Shown here piece by piece: positions 1 to 13,287 of a stretch of 64,000 bases of DNA (positions within the stretch are counted from its first letter, which is position 1; every line of letters starts with the position of its first letter). The DNA comes from Phoronis australis. Taxonomy: Eukaryota; Animalia; Phoronida. The stretch is taken from contig NMRA01000255.1 in the NCBI GenBank assembly GCA_002633005.1, positions 317,937 through 381,936 of the forward strand, written 5' to 3'. Below the pieces are notes generated by a model. It was not told the origin of the DNA, did no database searches, and saw only the letters and a list, made by a program, of their open reading frames with translations. The position numbers and the translations under genes are program-made.

Positions 1-1639
1 TTATACCGATTCTCGGACTCGAGCCTTATACAGTAGTAATCATCCGTTGAACGCTTTAGTGACACGGGAGTTGCGTCGATCCCAAATTACCGTATCTAAA
101 ATTTTCCTTGTCCGAAAGTCGCGGGACAAAATTCTGATGTTTATGACAATGTCCGAAATTCGAGGATCTTTGAAAAACAGTTTTTGGTCCTTGTACGAAT
201 TTCGTGGACTATGAAAAACTCATTTCGTAAATATTTATTCTTGGTCGAAAATGGCGGGCCGTCCGAAAATCACGCGACTTTACCGTATTCATATTGTTGA
301 CTTGATAACCTGAATTAAGAAGCAATAAGTTACAAAACATGACTTGAAAGCAATTGAGACTTAAAATTTTGAAAAATGTGAATCATTTTGTGACACCGAA
401 TCAAGTCTCGAACAGCAGTTGACAGTCAAACAAAAAACCATTTCAAAATTATTTTTTTAGCTTAGTGTAAGATCACCTGAATGGGAAGTTTACAGTAAAA
501 TAATTCGAATATATCTTATATTTTTGCACAAAAAACACGAAAATTGAACAAAGTTTCTTTTTTAGCAGCGTTTGTCAAAATGTATCAACGTTAAATCTTC
601 ACAAATTACAAAGTAGCCGATTGAACATGTCTTTCAGTTCAGCAAAAGTAGCCATGTTGTCGGTGCCGCCAGAAATGAGTCCAACGGGAATTGTGAGCAC
701 ATTTATCACTTAATGAGTAACAACTGCGAGGCTGAAATTTGGTGAACACTGTTAAATCGTGCAGAATAGTAAGTAAAGATATGTCTAACTAAATTTCACC
801 GTAATTTGTTGGGGAAAACAATTTACACAAAGTTTTAAACTCGTAACTTATCCCGCTGCCCTCCAATATGGCCGACGCGATCCAAACAAAGTGACCCAAA
901 TTTCGCCACAAAACTTGCAATAACTTTACACTGCTTGCCCAGATTTTGATACTTTTTCAATTTTTACTCAGTAGAATGTGCTACCTTTCCGATGATAGCA
1001 AAGTAATTTTTCAAAACGAGAAAAAAATAAAACCAAAAAAAAATTGGTTCGACCCATATTGATTCCTAGTTTGGACCAGCCTACCATAAGGAACTAAACA
1101 CCAATGCTATTTTAACATACTAAGTACGCGTAACATTCCAAAAAAAATCAAGAACCACTAACTACAAACTATAAATACACTACATATGCAAACGAATCGC
1201 GAGATATTACTAATTAAATCAAAATAATGAAGACTTCGAGCAAGCGATAGCACATTCAGTTACAAGGAAAAAATGGCGGCGTTCAGGACAAGTTCCTGAA
1301 CTGATGAGCCGGAAATGTGGGTACGGAAATAACCGATGACAGTCGGTAGTTATACGCTCACAGAGAAGGGTGAAATACTGTTAAAAAATCGCTTTTGGCA
1401 AGCAAGGCGAAAAGAATATAAAGAAAGGGTGTCGAAAATAAGATTTTATGTAGTGAGTATTTTCGGATATTGGAACCACATGGGCAGTTTGAGAGAAGGA
1501 CTTTAAGTTAATAGTTTTTGTGGTCTAACATTGAACAGCTGTATATTACCTTTCTTGTTATGCTGGCTGTGTTATAACCTCTTATTTTGTATATTAACCT
1601 CTCGGTTGGTTATTTTGACTTTAAAAACAGCAAGGATGA

Positions 1640-2272
1640 TTAATTAAATAATTCCTCATAAAAATACGACAAACGTTTTTCATGGTATTAGAAAATTTCG
1701 GTAATTAGTGCCAAAATTTATTTTTTGCCAATGCTATGCTATCCGTTTCATGAATGGGTAGTTCCCGATGACTAATGTCTTCGAAGACAGGTACATGTAT
1801 GTGGCCACATGCTTTTAACACTGGTCAAGTTTTTATTAGTCTTTGATTCATGGTTTACACGTACACAAAGACTAATTTGGATTCCTGTTGAGACAGAAGA
1901 TCTGTACGGGAAAGACCCAATACAATCCCTTTGACAAGTACGCTACATCTGTTCTGAAAGGCCAGACCATAATGAGACACGTTCCCCGCATGACCAGCAA
2001 ACTTCTGCATTCTTTTTGAAGCACGGCGGAAGTTTGAAGTGTATATAAATACCAACATAGTGACAGGCTCGTCATCTGCAATTTCCGCGCACAGTGATTT
2101 TTTCAGGACTATCGGATCTTATTGATAAGTTGAAGACGTTACTGTAGAATTTAGAACTGTTAGTATGGCATTTTTTGCATGTACATGACATGGGCTTGGC
2201 GCTTATTTTAGCGAAGTCTGAAAATGCAAGGGGGGATGGTTAGAGGGGCATCAGCGCTTATGGCGAATACGG
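1640..2272 (-). mobile_element. Diverged, truncated copy of the same pogo-like element in inverted orientation
   Basis: The reverse complement of about 1640-2272 aligns by eye with about 3028-3560 and ends in GGCGAATACGG-TA. Left boundary approximate. Confidence 0.7.
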
Positions 2273-3027
2273 TAAATTTTGTAGAAACACAACATATAGT
2301 GACGATGTTTTTAAGAACGAGTTTTGTTGCGAAAATGGTTCTCCACAAATCACTGAACCATATCCACTAAGTATCGTGACATGGTGCTTGGAAATAATAC
2401 TGCATGATGCGGACGATGTGAGCCCTCCCCCAGAGGTATGTCATTAGTGTAAAGGTCACCTATTTGTAATATTTTTTGTTTTCACGTTTATAAGTTGTCA
2501 GTGAATACAACTGCACTTTGTTTAGCATAGATTATGTTAAAATAGCATTGTCGCTTAGTTCTTGCTATACATTAGCATAGCTAAGACCATGCAAATACAA
2601 AATTCTTTAACCTTTTTAATGTACCAGTTTGGGTTCATACAAGTGTTTTAACTTTATTTGTCAGATTGACTCTGTTACTTGAAAATTATTTCTCTCCAGC
2701 CATGAGTTTTATTTGGTAACCTTTGACATCTCCTGGTAATTACCCCAATATTTCTATACCTCATTTGCAAGATACCAGATGATTAATATCAGACATTTCA
2801 TTGGCTATCCCATGAGTTATCTCATCAATGCTAAATTTTGGAACCAATTATCTCATGATCAATAGTACCAGCATTCAACAGCACATCATTGTACTGTATC
2901 TGTTGTCCTCGACAATGGCAGTATTTTGCCTGGAGGGATATTTTTGAATTTGAAATGAGTTTGCCTCTTGAATGCATGAAACTAAAATTAAAATCAGATT
3001 TCTGTTTGTAATCCAAATTCAGAAATA

Positions 3028-4245
3028 CCGTATTCGCCGTAATAACCGCCCATGCCCCTATAAGCGCCCCCCACGCGTTTTCAGACTTTGCTGAAATAAG
3101 CGCCCAGTACATGAACGTGTACATGCGAACAATGACGTACCTACAGTTCTAAAACTCGGCTACAGTAACGTCTTCAGTTTATCAAAAAATTTTTGCACGG
3201 GTCTTCTAGACCACCAGCGGCACTGCTACGTTTGTATTTAACCGTGACAAAGTAACGCAGCGCTTCAAAAAGAACGCAACAGCGTTGCTACGCTCTCGCG
3301 ACGACCGTGTCCCATGGTCTGACCTTTCAGTAGACACATCGACTGTCTCATGAATAAAAATAACTCGGTGTTAAACGCACTTGGCCAGGAAGCGCGCGCT
3401 ACATAACCTGTCATCAAAGACACTAGTTGGGAACTATCCATTCATGAAGCGGGTAGCATAGCATCGATAAGAAATGAATATTGGAACTAATTTCCGACAA
3501 GTTCTAATACTATAATCATGTTTGCGTTATTTTTGAGATGGATTGTTTGATTAACCATAATTGGTGTTATTAAGCCGAATATCCGATAAAATGACAACTG
3601 ACAGTGAATGCTTACACACCCTTACACCGAAAAATAACTGTCAGATAGACGAAAGACGGTCTCTGCTTTGGCAAATGAACTCAGGTGACACGCACGCGCT
3701 CGCTTACTCGCCGACGAACTTCAAAACAAACGTCACGTGACAACAACATGTGTGTTCGCCCAGACATTTTTCTCGCCGTGTTGCCAATCATACATGTAGA
3801 TGGCACGATGTTGCACAGATTTGTACTTAAACCTGCCGTTAATCCAGACTCCACGGGAACTTAAAAAACCTTAGAGACGCTACTTAAAAAACTTAATGAG
3901 GATTTCAGGTACTTTATCGAAACCATTTTTATTCAAGCATTGAAGTCGCCATATCGAAAACGGCGATTTCGAAGCAGTCAGTTGGCGAGTTTTCGCCCTG
4001 GGATTTCAGCACAATTTTCTGTAGAATGATCGTAATTTAGCAGCAAAATTTGATAGCAATGCACCACAGTTTTGTTGAAAGTCTTTCATAGATTACATAT
4101 ACGTCACAGAGCGTAAATTTGATGAATCTTAGCTTCCGATTTCACCCGTTTCGGAGACCGGGTTTCAACCGCCTTTTGTTATAATAAGCGCCCCCCTGAA
4201 CCGAACTTTTCTAAGCGCCCTGGGCGGTTATTACGGCGAATACGG
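3028..4245 (+). mobile_element. Non-autonomous Tc1/mariner (pogo-like) DNA transposon, 1218 bp
   Basis: Perfect 25-bp TIRs CCGTATTCGCCGTAATAACCGCCCA, TA on both flanks, repeated subterminal TAAGCGCCC motifs; no transposase ORF. Confidence 0.88.
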
Positions 4246-5621
4246 TACTTGCTTTAAAAAACATTTCATATTTAGGGAAAGCAAATTCTTTGAGTTATAA
4301 AACTTTTTCAGAACGAAAATTGTGAATGTTTGTGTCTCTGAAGAATGTTTTCCTGCATTTTTTCTGTAACATTTATTTTATGATATTCAGAGATTCAATT
4401 TATTATTTATCAATTTACATTTATATAAAAATTTCAAGAATCTCCCGATAATATACATGCAAATCCTCACTGAAGACCTGTTAGCATTTTACATTGTAGC
4501 TGTATAAGAACCTCACTGATCTACCATTTTACATTGTGGCTTTATAAGAACCTCACTGTTCTACCATTTTAGCCACAAGTCGTTGGCCAATTTACTCAAA
4601 TGTTTCCGCGAGTGCTATCCGTACACCCCCTGAGAATTGTTCACCTAGATTACCATATTCACTAGCAAGATCACCATTGAAATATCCTTGTAAATTAGGA
4701 AATCGAAAAATTGAATAGGCGTTAACATGTCAGTTGCAGTCTAATGGCCTCTGTGCCAGCTATTTTTCTGGTACAGGTTAAACTTTAAGTCTGTTTACTC
4801 ACCAATACAACCGAGAGTTTGTATTGCTGTAGAGGATTCATGTGTGATCTCACTCACAAAATATTAGCCATAATTAAAGCACCCACAATTTCATATAGAC
4901 TGTTCAATTTAGGATACAACATAGCTGAAGTTTAACAAATTTCTCAACTCAAGTAATTTGTTTATTTTATTACTAGCGAACTTTGTATTGTACTGCTGTT
5001 GTTGAGCAGCATGCTGTGAAGCCATGGAAAATATGAAACATTTGTTTCAGCTGTTTCTATTGCACTTATTCAAAGAATCTTTTTTGTGCACACATTCCAA
5101 TCTACATTAGATTAACATCACAACTCGGGCAAATATTATTTTCAGTGGAATATTTTGGCTTCAGCAAACAGTATCAAGGCATCAAGAAGAAATCCATTAA
5201 ATAATGGTTTACAAGGTATTCCTTATTAGCTCTACTGGAAATTTACAAATACAATACAATACATTTAGTCCCTCAGCAGGTGAACAGTTTGTCTGAAACA
5301 AAGGTCAGCTAGGTTCTCTTACAACTGTAGAATTTTAATCTTTACATAGATACATTTTATACTGCATCTTCAATGATGGTTATGACACAAAAGAACAGTT
5401 TGAAACTAAAGATCTAACTATATGTAGCCATTGTGGGCCATTTGCCTTGGTCCTGTGTCATGGCTCTTCTGTTCATTAGAGAAAATGTCAACCATGGAAA
5501 TGCAGGAGCACTGTACTAAGTTAATTTCATATCTGAACTGCTGAATAATTTGTTCAGTCAATAATAATTGCTCACGTTTTCATGCAGTGTTTTCCATTGT
5601 ACTTTAAAACGTTGTCGCTGA

Positions 5622-7076
5622 TCACACTCGACTGACCTCCAGAAGTGGTGACCTTACTTCCTCGGTGTCAATCACTTCTTCAATGGGTTCATCTATTACA
5701 ATCATAACTGGGCATTTCTTCTGGTCATTCGAGCATGTGGATTGACTTGACGAACATGGTTGGTTAAGTGGTTCGCTATCGAAAGATGAGGTCCTGCTTT
5801 CGTAGAAAGAACTCTTGTCACTGCACAATGATTTTGCTTTCTCATTCCGCATTGTTTCCATGACGTACTCCAAGCGTGTTCGACCACCTTTCTTACAGTT
5901 TCTGAAAATTGGATCGGCAGATGCTGCCCGATTCAGAGAGTGGTTCTTACGATAGTTTGCCATGCGTTGATCATCGTACTTTGTTTGTTCGTCAGTCCCA
6001 TTCTTTTCCTGTGGGTCCAATTCTGGATCCACCATTTTTGTACGGACATTCGTTGTCACAATGGGTTTTTGCCGTCTGTTTTTTGCACTAGTCTTAATTC
6101 GAATAACACACTGCTTCATTGATTTGTAAACGTAAATGTAGATGGTCTTTTTACATGCATAAATTATGTTCATCACTATACCCTGGGACATTGTTGCTAA
6201 GAGTGATATGGCCGCTGCCGTGTCATTTCCAACAACAATGCGAGCATATTCCGTGATGACGTTTGTGCCCATTACCAGAAACACAATAATCTGCATTAAG
6301 TAGAACGTGTCTGCCTGGCTTTTCCAGATTCTCATTTTATCTGAAAGTGGTTGAACCCTGCGTCTGTGCGGATTTACGTTTTCCGATTTGCACGACAGGA
6401 ACATATAGTGGAAGTAGACCATAAGACTGCCAGCAACGAGAGTGGCACACGGTGCTACCAGATACAGCAGTAAGTTATGCGGGTCGGTCATGAAACACAG
6501 AGTCATCCCTTCAGCAGTGGGATGCAGTGCCAGGTATATTCCCACAAACATCAGGGGTGTACCCCAGCTGAACATTGTAAAGGCGACATAGTGAATACGC
6601 TTCTGCAAGAGTCGTTGGCCACCACCATAGTTGGTTAAGGCCCACCATGAGTTGATAGCAATACTGATCATCCAAAAAAACGATGCCAACCAGAAGTAAT
6701 GATTCAACGAGGCGATGATCTTGCACAAGATTGGAATGTGGATCAGGTCACTGCCAAGTAGGAACACAAGTTGTTGTACTGCCTGGCTGGCCACCATGTT
6801 GGCAATACAGTAACCCTGGGGTGTGCGCAGGACGGGGATGGTGACATAAAGTACAAACGTGGTCACCAGGCAAGCAATGCTGATCACCTGACCAAGGATA
6901 TTGAAGTGCTGGAGCACGAAATTCACTGCCGACAATGTTGAGATATTGGATGCGTTTTTGATGGTCATTTCAGTGCTGTAGGTTATCACTTCCTGCGTTT
7001 TGTTACCAGATGCAAATGACATGCAAACAATTAGTGCTGTGATAAACAGTGAAGCTGCACTAGTGAAGGACCCCAT
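5622..7076 (-). CDS. Single-exon family-B (7tm_2; Methuselah/adhesion-like) GPCR, 484 aa from the first ATG
   Basis: The ORF track starts at a GTG (7100); the first ATG at 7076 gives a signal-peptide-like MGSFTSAASLFITALIVCMSFASG, N-glycosylation sequons (NKT, NAS, NIS) and about seven hydrophobic segments. Family-B motifs: CKIIASLNHYFWLASFFWM (TM3), SWGTP (TM4), SQG (TM7). Long Ser-rich C-tail. Confidence 0.85.
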   Translation of the reverse strand: MGSFTSAASLFITALIVCMSFASGNKTQEVITYSTEMTIKNASNISTLSAVNFVLQHFNILGQVISIACLVTTFVLYVTIPVLRTPQGYCIANMVASQAVQQLVFLLGSDLIHIPILCKIIASLNHYFWLASFFWMISIAINSWWALTNYGGGQRLLQKRIHYVAFTMFSWGTPLMFVGIYLALHPTAEGMTLCFMTDPHNLLLYLVAPCATLVAGSLMVYFHYMFLSCKSENVNPHRRRVQPLSDKMRIWKSQADTFYLMQIIVFLVMGTNVITEYARIVVGNDTAAAISLLATMSQGIVMNIIYACKKTIYIYVYKSMKQCVIRIKTSAKNRRQKPIVTTNVRTKMVDPELDPQEKNGTDEQTKYDDQRMANYRKNHSLNRAASADPIFRNCKKGGRTRLEYVMETMRNEKAKSLCSDKSSFYESRTSSFDSEPLNQPCSSSQSTCSNDQKKCPVMIVIDEPIEEVIDTEEVRSPLLEVSRV

Positions 7077-7577
7077 TTTTGTAGAATGAAAATAATGCAC
7101 AATACCTCAAAGATGCCTACTTTCCAGATGTCATCAATGGAGGTTTGTCGTTTTCTTGGTTTTCAAGTTACTGACACTGACAAACAACTCTTAGTCCTCC
7201 TGTGTATTGTCTGTTGCTTGTAAACTCAGGATTACAACTTGGTTCTCTCTTGGATGTATCATCTATAGTTAAGTAGAATCATGACATGGTCACTAATGAT
7301 ATCCACGCACTTGGTCAATGCATGCAGGTGTGAACCATAATTATGTCAGAACACATGTTGGAAATATAACACATCCGTAACACACTGTTGATATCCACTA
7401 AGAGTAAAGTGTAGTTCACTTCTCACTCACGGTCAATCCAGGTTTGTTGAATAAAAATCAATAATGATGTTTTTGATTGAGTGAAACATGTCAGTGTCAA
7501 GGAGTGTCCCTCAGTTCTCTGACCTGCCTGCGTGTGTGATCTGCAGTAAGTTCCGGAAGGGCCATAAGTATGTGGAC

Positions 7578-7855
7578 AATTACAGTGTTAACCAAAATCT
7601 ATGTTATTCTGCAGAATCTAATTGTAATTACAGTGTTGACTAAAAGTTATGCCAGTCTGCCAAATCTAATTAACTACAGTGTTGGCTAAAAGTTGTCCAA
7701 TTCTGCAGAAGGTAATGTACCTACAGAGTGGACTTAAAATTATGCTATGACTGTCAAATCTTATGTAGCTACACTGTTGACTAAAAGTTGTGCTGAGTTT
7801 AATATGTAACGTAACTACAGTGTTTATCAAGTTAAGCTATTCTGCGGAATGTAAT
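7578..7855. repeat. Degenerate ~47-bp tandem repeat, about 6 units
   Basis: Recurring AACTACAGTGTTGACTAAAAGTTATG core. Confidence 0.75.
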
Positions 7856-7952
7856 ATAAACGATAAATTATTGAAACTGGTTTGTCACCGTGGACAAATC
7901 TACTCTCTCAGGAACATTGATCAAGAACTGCTTAACTACTTAATGCATATGA

Positions 7953-8526
7953 TAGCCAGCCAGCTAGCTGTATGAAGACTGTCGTCAAAGTACAGCTAGG
8001 TCCCACTGTGTGTATTTCTTCCGTAGACCCCGAATTTGCACACAGCCTGCTCGTCACCGCGCCGTGAAACTTGTATCAACATGTAAAGCTGAAAACCGGA
8101 CGGTGAGCATGCAAAATCTGGGAGTCAACCGACACTCACCTTTCCCGTTACAGTGCAATAAACGTCATTTTCTTTTGTAACTCTCCGCCTTTTCTAACAA
8201 AGAAAAGTATTTCGTCGTTTTGAAAACAGTACGCTCGTGTCACGCGCACGCACCATTTCCTAAATTTTTGCGACATCTCTCGGGTGATGATGATAGCTTG
8301 GCCGCAGCAAAATTTCTTCTGAAATTCAATTTTTCGGTATCAAACAACTTTAGCAGCCGAATAACGATAGAACGCCATTTTTGCCAACACCATAAAATAG
8401 TTTAGTTTACTCAAGGAAGACTGTAGTTTTTAATGACACCAATTTTGTGTCAGATATTATCTTGCCACTTTTTTACCTACATCGGTGCAAAGCTGTATAT
8501 TTATATACAGGTTTGTACCAAGGCTA
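7953..8526 (+). mobile_element. Non-autonomous DNA element with TAGCC...GGCTA termini and 9-bp TSD (AcademH-like), copy 1
   Basis: Flanked by TGCATATGA on both sides; subterminal hairpin CTGTATA-ttta-TATACAG; homologous to 43704-44366. Confidence 0.78.
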
Positions 8527-9169
8527 TGCATATGATTGATCTATTTGTGTACTTCTTAGAATAAGATGTGACATTTATATTATCGCCTTTGTCCATGTTT
8601 ATGAATTCGAACTACACGTTATGTCTTTCTGGCGCTTGTAGCTTTTATTTAGATAACTTCAATAAACTTGATGTTTGAAGATAAAGCCAAAGTAAATGTC
8701 ATACTTGGTTTTGGTCTATGCCCGTGTTTAAACATGTGCTTTTGTATGAATCGGCTTGGCAACTCAGCGACAACGGCCTCTTTTGTGACCTTCCTCGGTT
8801 TTTAGTCATGGTGAGTCAATCCCTCCCTCTCCAGTCAGTGACCTTACCATTGATATTCAGTTTTCTCTGTGTGATAAAGGTTATACTAGTCTTTTTAAAG
8901 TAGTAGTGTTTTTGATCATGTACTGTATTTTAAGGGTTTTCAGAAATGTTGATTTAATAACTTTTTTTCAAAAGTCTTTTTTTAAGGCGTGTTCAATACA
9001 GTTTGCCGAAAACTTTAGAGCAGTTATTTTTCAACATTGACTAACTTGTGATATATTTGAATGTGGTAAAATCTCACCAAGGTACTAAACAATGGACTAC
9101 AAGTGGAATTTTTTTTTGATTTTTCTCATGAAAGATATGTAGCAATAGAGTAATGCATTTTCATGTTCA

Positions 9170-9301
9170 AGTTATGTATCATTATAGTTATGTATTATTA
9201 TAGCTATGTGTCATTATAGCTATGTGTCATTATTGTTATGTGTCATTATAGTTATGTGTCGTTATAGTTATGTGTCGTTATAGTTATGTGTCGTTATAGC
9301 T
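9170..9301. repeat. 16-bp minisatellite (AGTTATGTGTCATTAT), about 8 units
   Basis: Direct reading. Confidence 0.85.
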
Positions 9302-11021
9302 ACTACCCGACACTATTTTGAAAAATTGCAAACATTCACAACAATGTTACAAGTCTCCGAAAAATGAAAAACTGGATGTTTTGATTATTATTGCTGTCTT
9401 AAGTTGGGTGAGATTTTTATTTCAAATAACGGATTATTAAATTTTGAAATGTTGTTTTTCTATGTTGTTTTTGTTAACAATAGTGCAACACCAAATTTTA
9501 AGATGATGTCATTCTAAACAATTTAAGCAAACCTAACCGTAGCCATTAGGTGTTTACATAACTTAATTCAAAAAACAAATTTTGAGTTTATTAAAGAAGA
9601 AACATCTTGTCTTGAGTTGTTCACATCAACTTAATAACTTATTTCACAGTCTCAAGAGTGTAGCATAAGTGCTGAAATTGCTATATTTCTATATTTCAGT
9701 TGCTTACCTTAGTGTTGCAAATGTTTTATTTTTAGATTTTTACCGCATGTTGTTTGGCTATAACTCTGCCATACAAGCCATGCTAAAGAAAAGTAAATTT
9801 TCCTGAAAACTCATTTTTATTGAAAATTTTAGCGAATTGAAATTTCAGCTGTCCGCCATACTGTGTGCCTAACTGAAGAATTTTTACTGTACAGTAGTGA
9901 AATTAGTGGGTCAATCATGATGTTGAAGTTGGCGTGCTTTTGAGAGGGTCAAGTTGTACATTCTTTTGTGTTGCTGCTTTAGCCGAAATAGCTCCATAAT
10001 AAAGTTGGTGACTCTTAATATTTTTCTTATTTTATAGAAAACGTGATGGGCATCAAAACAAGTCAAAAAGGAGAAAGTGTAATTTTTTGTGTAGAAACTA
10101 AAACACTGAAATTTGAGGTACTCAAAATCAAAAAGTTTGCATTCTCACGCCAACGTAAGAAATTCAGTTAACCAGAAATTATAATTTAAAGACATTAAAT
10201 CATAAATGTGACGTTGTACAAAGAAATTAATCTGTTTTCAAAAGGATTTCACTTGGCAGTAGCAGAAAAGGTAACGTGGTGACTCCTGCAGTTTTGTAGT
10301 AGGCCAAGACCAAAATGCAAAATTTGAAAATCAAAAATTCAACAAATTAAAGCTGTGTTGAATCTTTTTACTGTTAATTTCCATCAATTTAGGACATGAA
10401 ATATGTCCGACAAGTGAAATTTCATATTTTTTCATGAATCATCAATACCACCAACAGGGATGCTGTATCATTTTTGAAGGTTGATAGGATAACTATCATC
10501 TGACATTCTTGAAATTGTGCAAATTCACAACAATGGGATCAGCATAGAAAAATATAAAATACCAATTTTGGCACTTATTTTTGGTAAGATTTCACATAAG
10601 AATTGTCATATTGATTGTGCTCGGACATAGTGCGACTGTGGAGGACGCCTCTCAAGAGTGTTCATCACAGAACATGCTAATGTTTTGGTTGTTTCTTTGG
10701 GGGCCATTGATTTTTCTTCAGCATGACCTCATTGTGACCACTGGCTACTTTGTTTCATCAATATTTTAGTTTGTCATATGTTTTGCCTGCGGTCAATGCT
10801 TCTGTTTGATTACCTTCTACCCTAGAGAATCACAAGGCTTAATCTTCCGCAGTGTCACCTTTTTGTTTGTTGTTTTTGGAAAGGTTTTGATTTTTGTTCT
10901 GCTTAATTGTTTAAAAGACAATGAATTAAGTCGAATGAACAATAATGAAAAGGTTTTCTTGTGGAATTCTAGTCATTAGAAAACTAAAAAATGAGAATAT
11001 TAGGTTTTATACCATAGTATT

Positions 11022-13208
11022 CAGTGTTCTCCACGACCACTTTTAACGTGTCGCAGCGTCCTGTTTGGCCGAGCGCGCGTCCTGTTTAAATGTCCCGCGT
11101 CCTGTTTAAAAATCCAGCGTCCTGTTTAAAAATCCCGTGACCAGTTTAAAAATATAGGTTCTACTTTGTAAAAAAGACGTCGTCGTCGTTAATAAGTTCT
11201 TCACTGGTTCAAATTACGCTTGACAGCAACTGGCCATAGCACATTGAAACTGAATAAAGGCTAAGCCTAAGGAAGTCGGTGGTCCATTGTGGACAGCCTA
11301 ATCATCGGACTCACTCAAGCGGCAGACCGGGCGGCAAGTCTATTTATGATGTAACGCAGCGTGTAAATAATCTCGATTATCTTTTCAATTCTTCCGGAAC
11401 AACTAGTCAATTTAAACAAAGTCCCAGTGCTACCTATATGCCTAATCCACTACCTGCTCACTCTGGAGGTGCAGTCCGGCACGAAAGTCGCTGATGTTGC
11501 GTTAGGCCTTTTTGCTTTTGCAGTCACCTATTTGTGTTCGGCGGAGAACTAATCATATTACCCATTGAAAATAAAATAATTAAGGCTCGGTGGTTAGTTC
11601 TGCGAAGTGTATGTTGTCAGCAAAGACACCGTTGCGCAGCCGTTTATGCTACGGCCGTCTTCTGGGAGGCCAGAATTTTGGTTTTCGTAGCACATTTTTC
11701 AATATTCCGTGGGCCCCACGACAGACTTTACCGATACCAGTCTCAAAAACATTTGCATGAAACTGCCTTTGATGGTTCTCATTGGTTGTTGTTTGTGTAT
11801 TTCTCACTTAGGTGAATATCATTGGTTACTTTTTGTGCCACCGGCCCATTGAGATTGACCGAGTTCATCTCGTTGCCGTATAAGGAGTTTCGTTGGCAGC
11901 ATGAACATTATGTTTGTGGCGCATGCTCCCTCTAAAAATCTGCCGAGCCGTTCGCAAACTCAACTTCGACAGTGGCTGTGACATTTGCGGTTTCGGGGGA
12001 GTATTCCGAGATTTGGGACAGCGGGTGACGTCACTGAGTAAAGTTCAAAATATATGTGTTTCGCGTTAAGAAATTGCAGCCAAAATCAAGTGCTCTCATT
12101 GAAATCAAGCGGTAATATCTCGCGTAATCTCGCAGAGTTTTGTTTACCTAGCGTGGTTCTTACGTTAGTGAATTCTATCCTGGCTTCCGTTACCAATTGA
12201 CATGCGCATTCTACATACTTAGAAATGTCGTCTGCCGCGCGAAAGCAAAGCACCGCTAAACCTAAGGATTATTTTAAAAACCAGATACTGACGTTGACTC
12301 AGATGCAGATACGACAGATAATCCAGGGCCAGATGGTGGTGATATTGCCGGGCTCGGTCAACGAATCGAAGATATCCGTGTCACAAACGGTGAACCGAAT
12401 TTTTGCCGACAACGTCAGACATCGGCAATACAAATGAATGCAATTCGCTCTAACATGAGAATACATGATTTTCATCTGGAAGAATGAGTTTGTGACAATC
12501 CAGAAAATTATGGAAATTCCATAGTTGCAAGCGTTTGATAATTCAGTTGATATCTTTTTAGAAATATTGGTTGTCATCTATAGGCGAAAATGCAAGTGAA
12601 TTGTTTTGTTTACCCTACCTAATTTGCATTCAAGTGGGACTCGCGTATTGTGCAGTTTTTACAAGAGTTCTGGTAGTGCAGAAGTGCAATATGTTGTACC
12701 AGCTTCAGAACATCGAATTCAGACTGTAAGAATGTGCAAGATATTACACGTACAGACTGAGAGAAAACGTAAACTCTGCTATCAAGACATAAAAATGTGA
12801 CTGACTTAACAAAGACACTTCACTTGGACTGTCTACATCATAGGAAAAGTTTATTTCTGTGTTAGACTTTTTGTACTTAGTTGACATTGACATCATTATT
12901 GAGTAGCCTGAAACATTTCCCCATACTATATCAAACACTCTGTAGACTTCCATTTCAAAGTCATTGACTATTGGTTATGACATATGTGATATGTTTGTAA
13001 CTAAGTCCAACTTTTAAAAATAAAAAGTTGAATACACACAGTTATTTGTTTGCACTACTGTGCATTACTATTAAAATGAGTGGGTAAAAATAAAGTGCAC
13101 AAAAAACTGCACACTAGCTTATGGAGAACATTGACCGCCGCGCGGTTCCGGCACGTTGCAGTTTTTACGCGTGCGACCTGTTTAGATTTTCAGATGTGGA
13201 GAACACTG
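11022..13208 (+). mobile_element. hAT-like DNA transposon with 5-bp TSD (hAT5-like), internally deleted, 2187 bp
   Basis: 13-bp TIR CAGTGTTCTCCAC/GTGGAGAACACTG; GTATT on both flanks; subterminal GCGTCCTGTTT repeats; frameshifted transposase-like N-terminus from 12225 (MSSAARKQSTAKPKDYFK..). Confidence 0.8.
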
Positions 13209-13287
13209 GTATTAGCCTCAAAGGGCAGATACAACTGTGTAATAACCCATAAAGTTTTCTCACTAGTGAGATAACATTTTGGCGGGA

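Noticed and set aside
1270-1330. AAAATGGCGGC plus CCGGAAAT promoter-like motifs or a gene start
   Set aside because: The frame closes after 8 codons, there is no downstream exon, and the region adjoins transposon relics.
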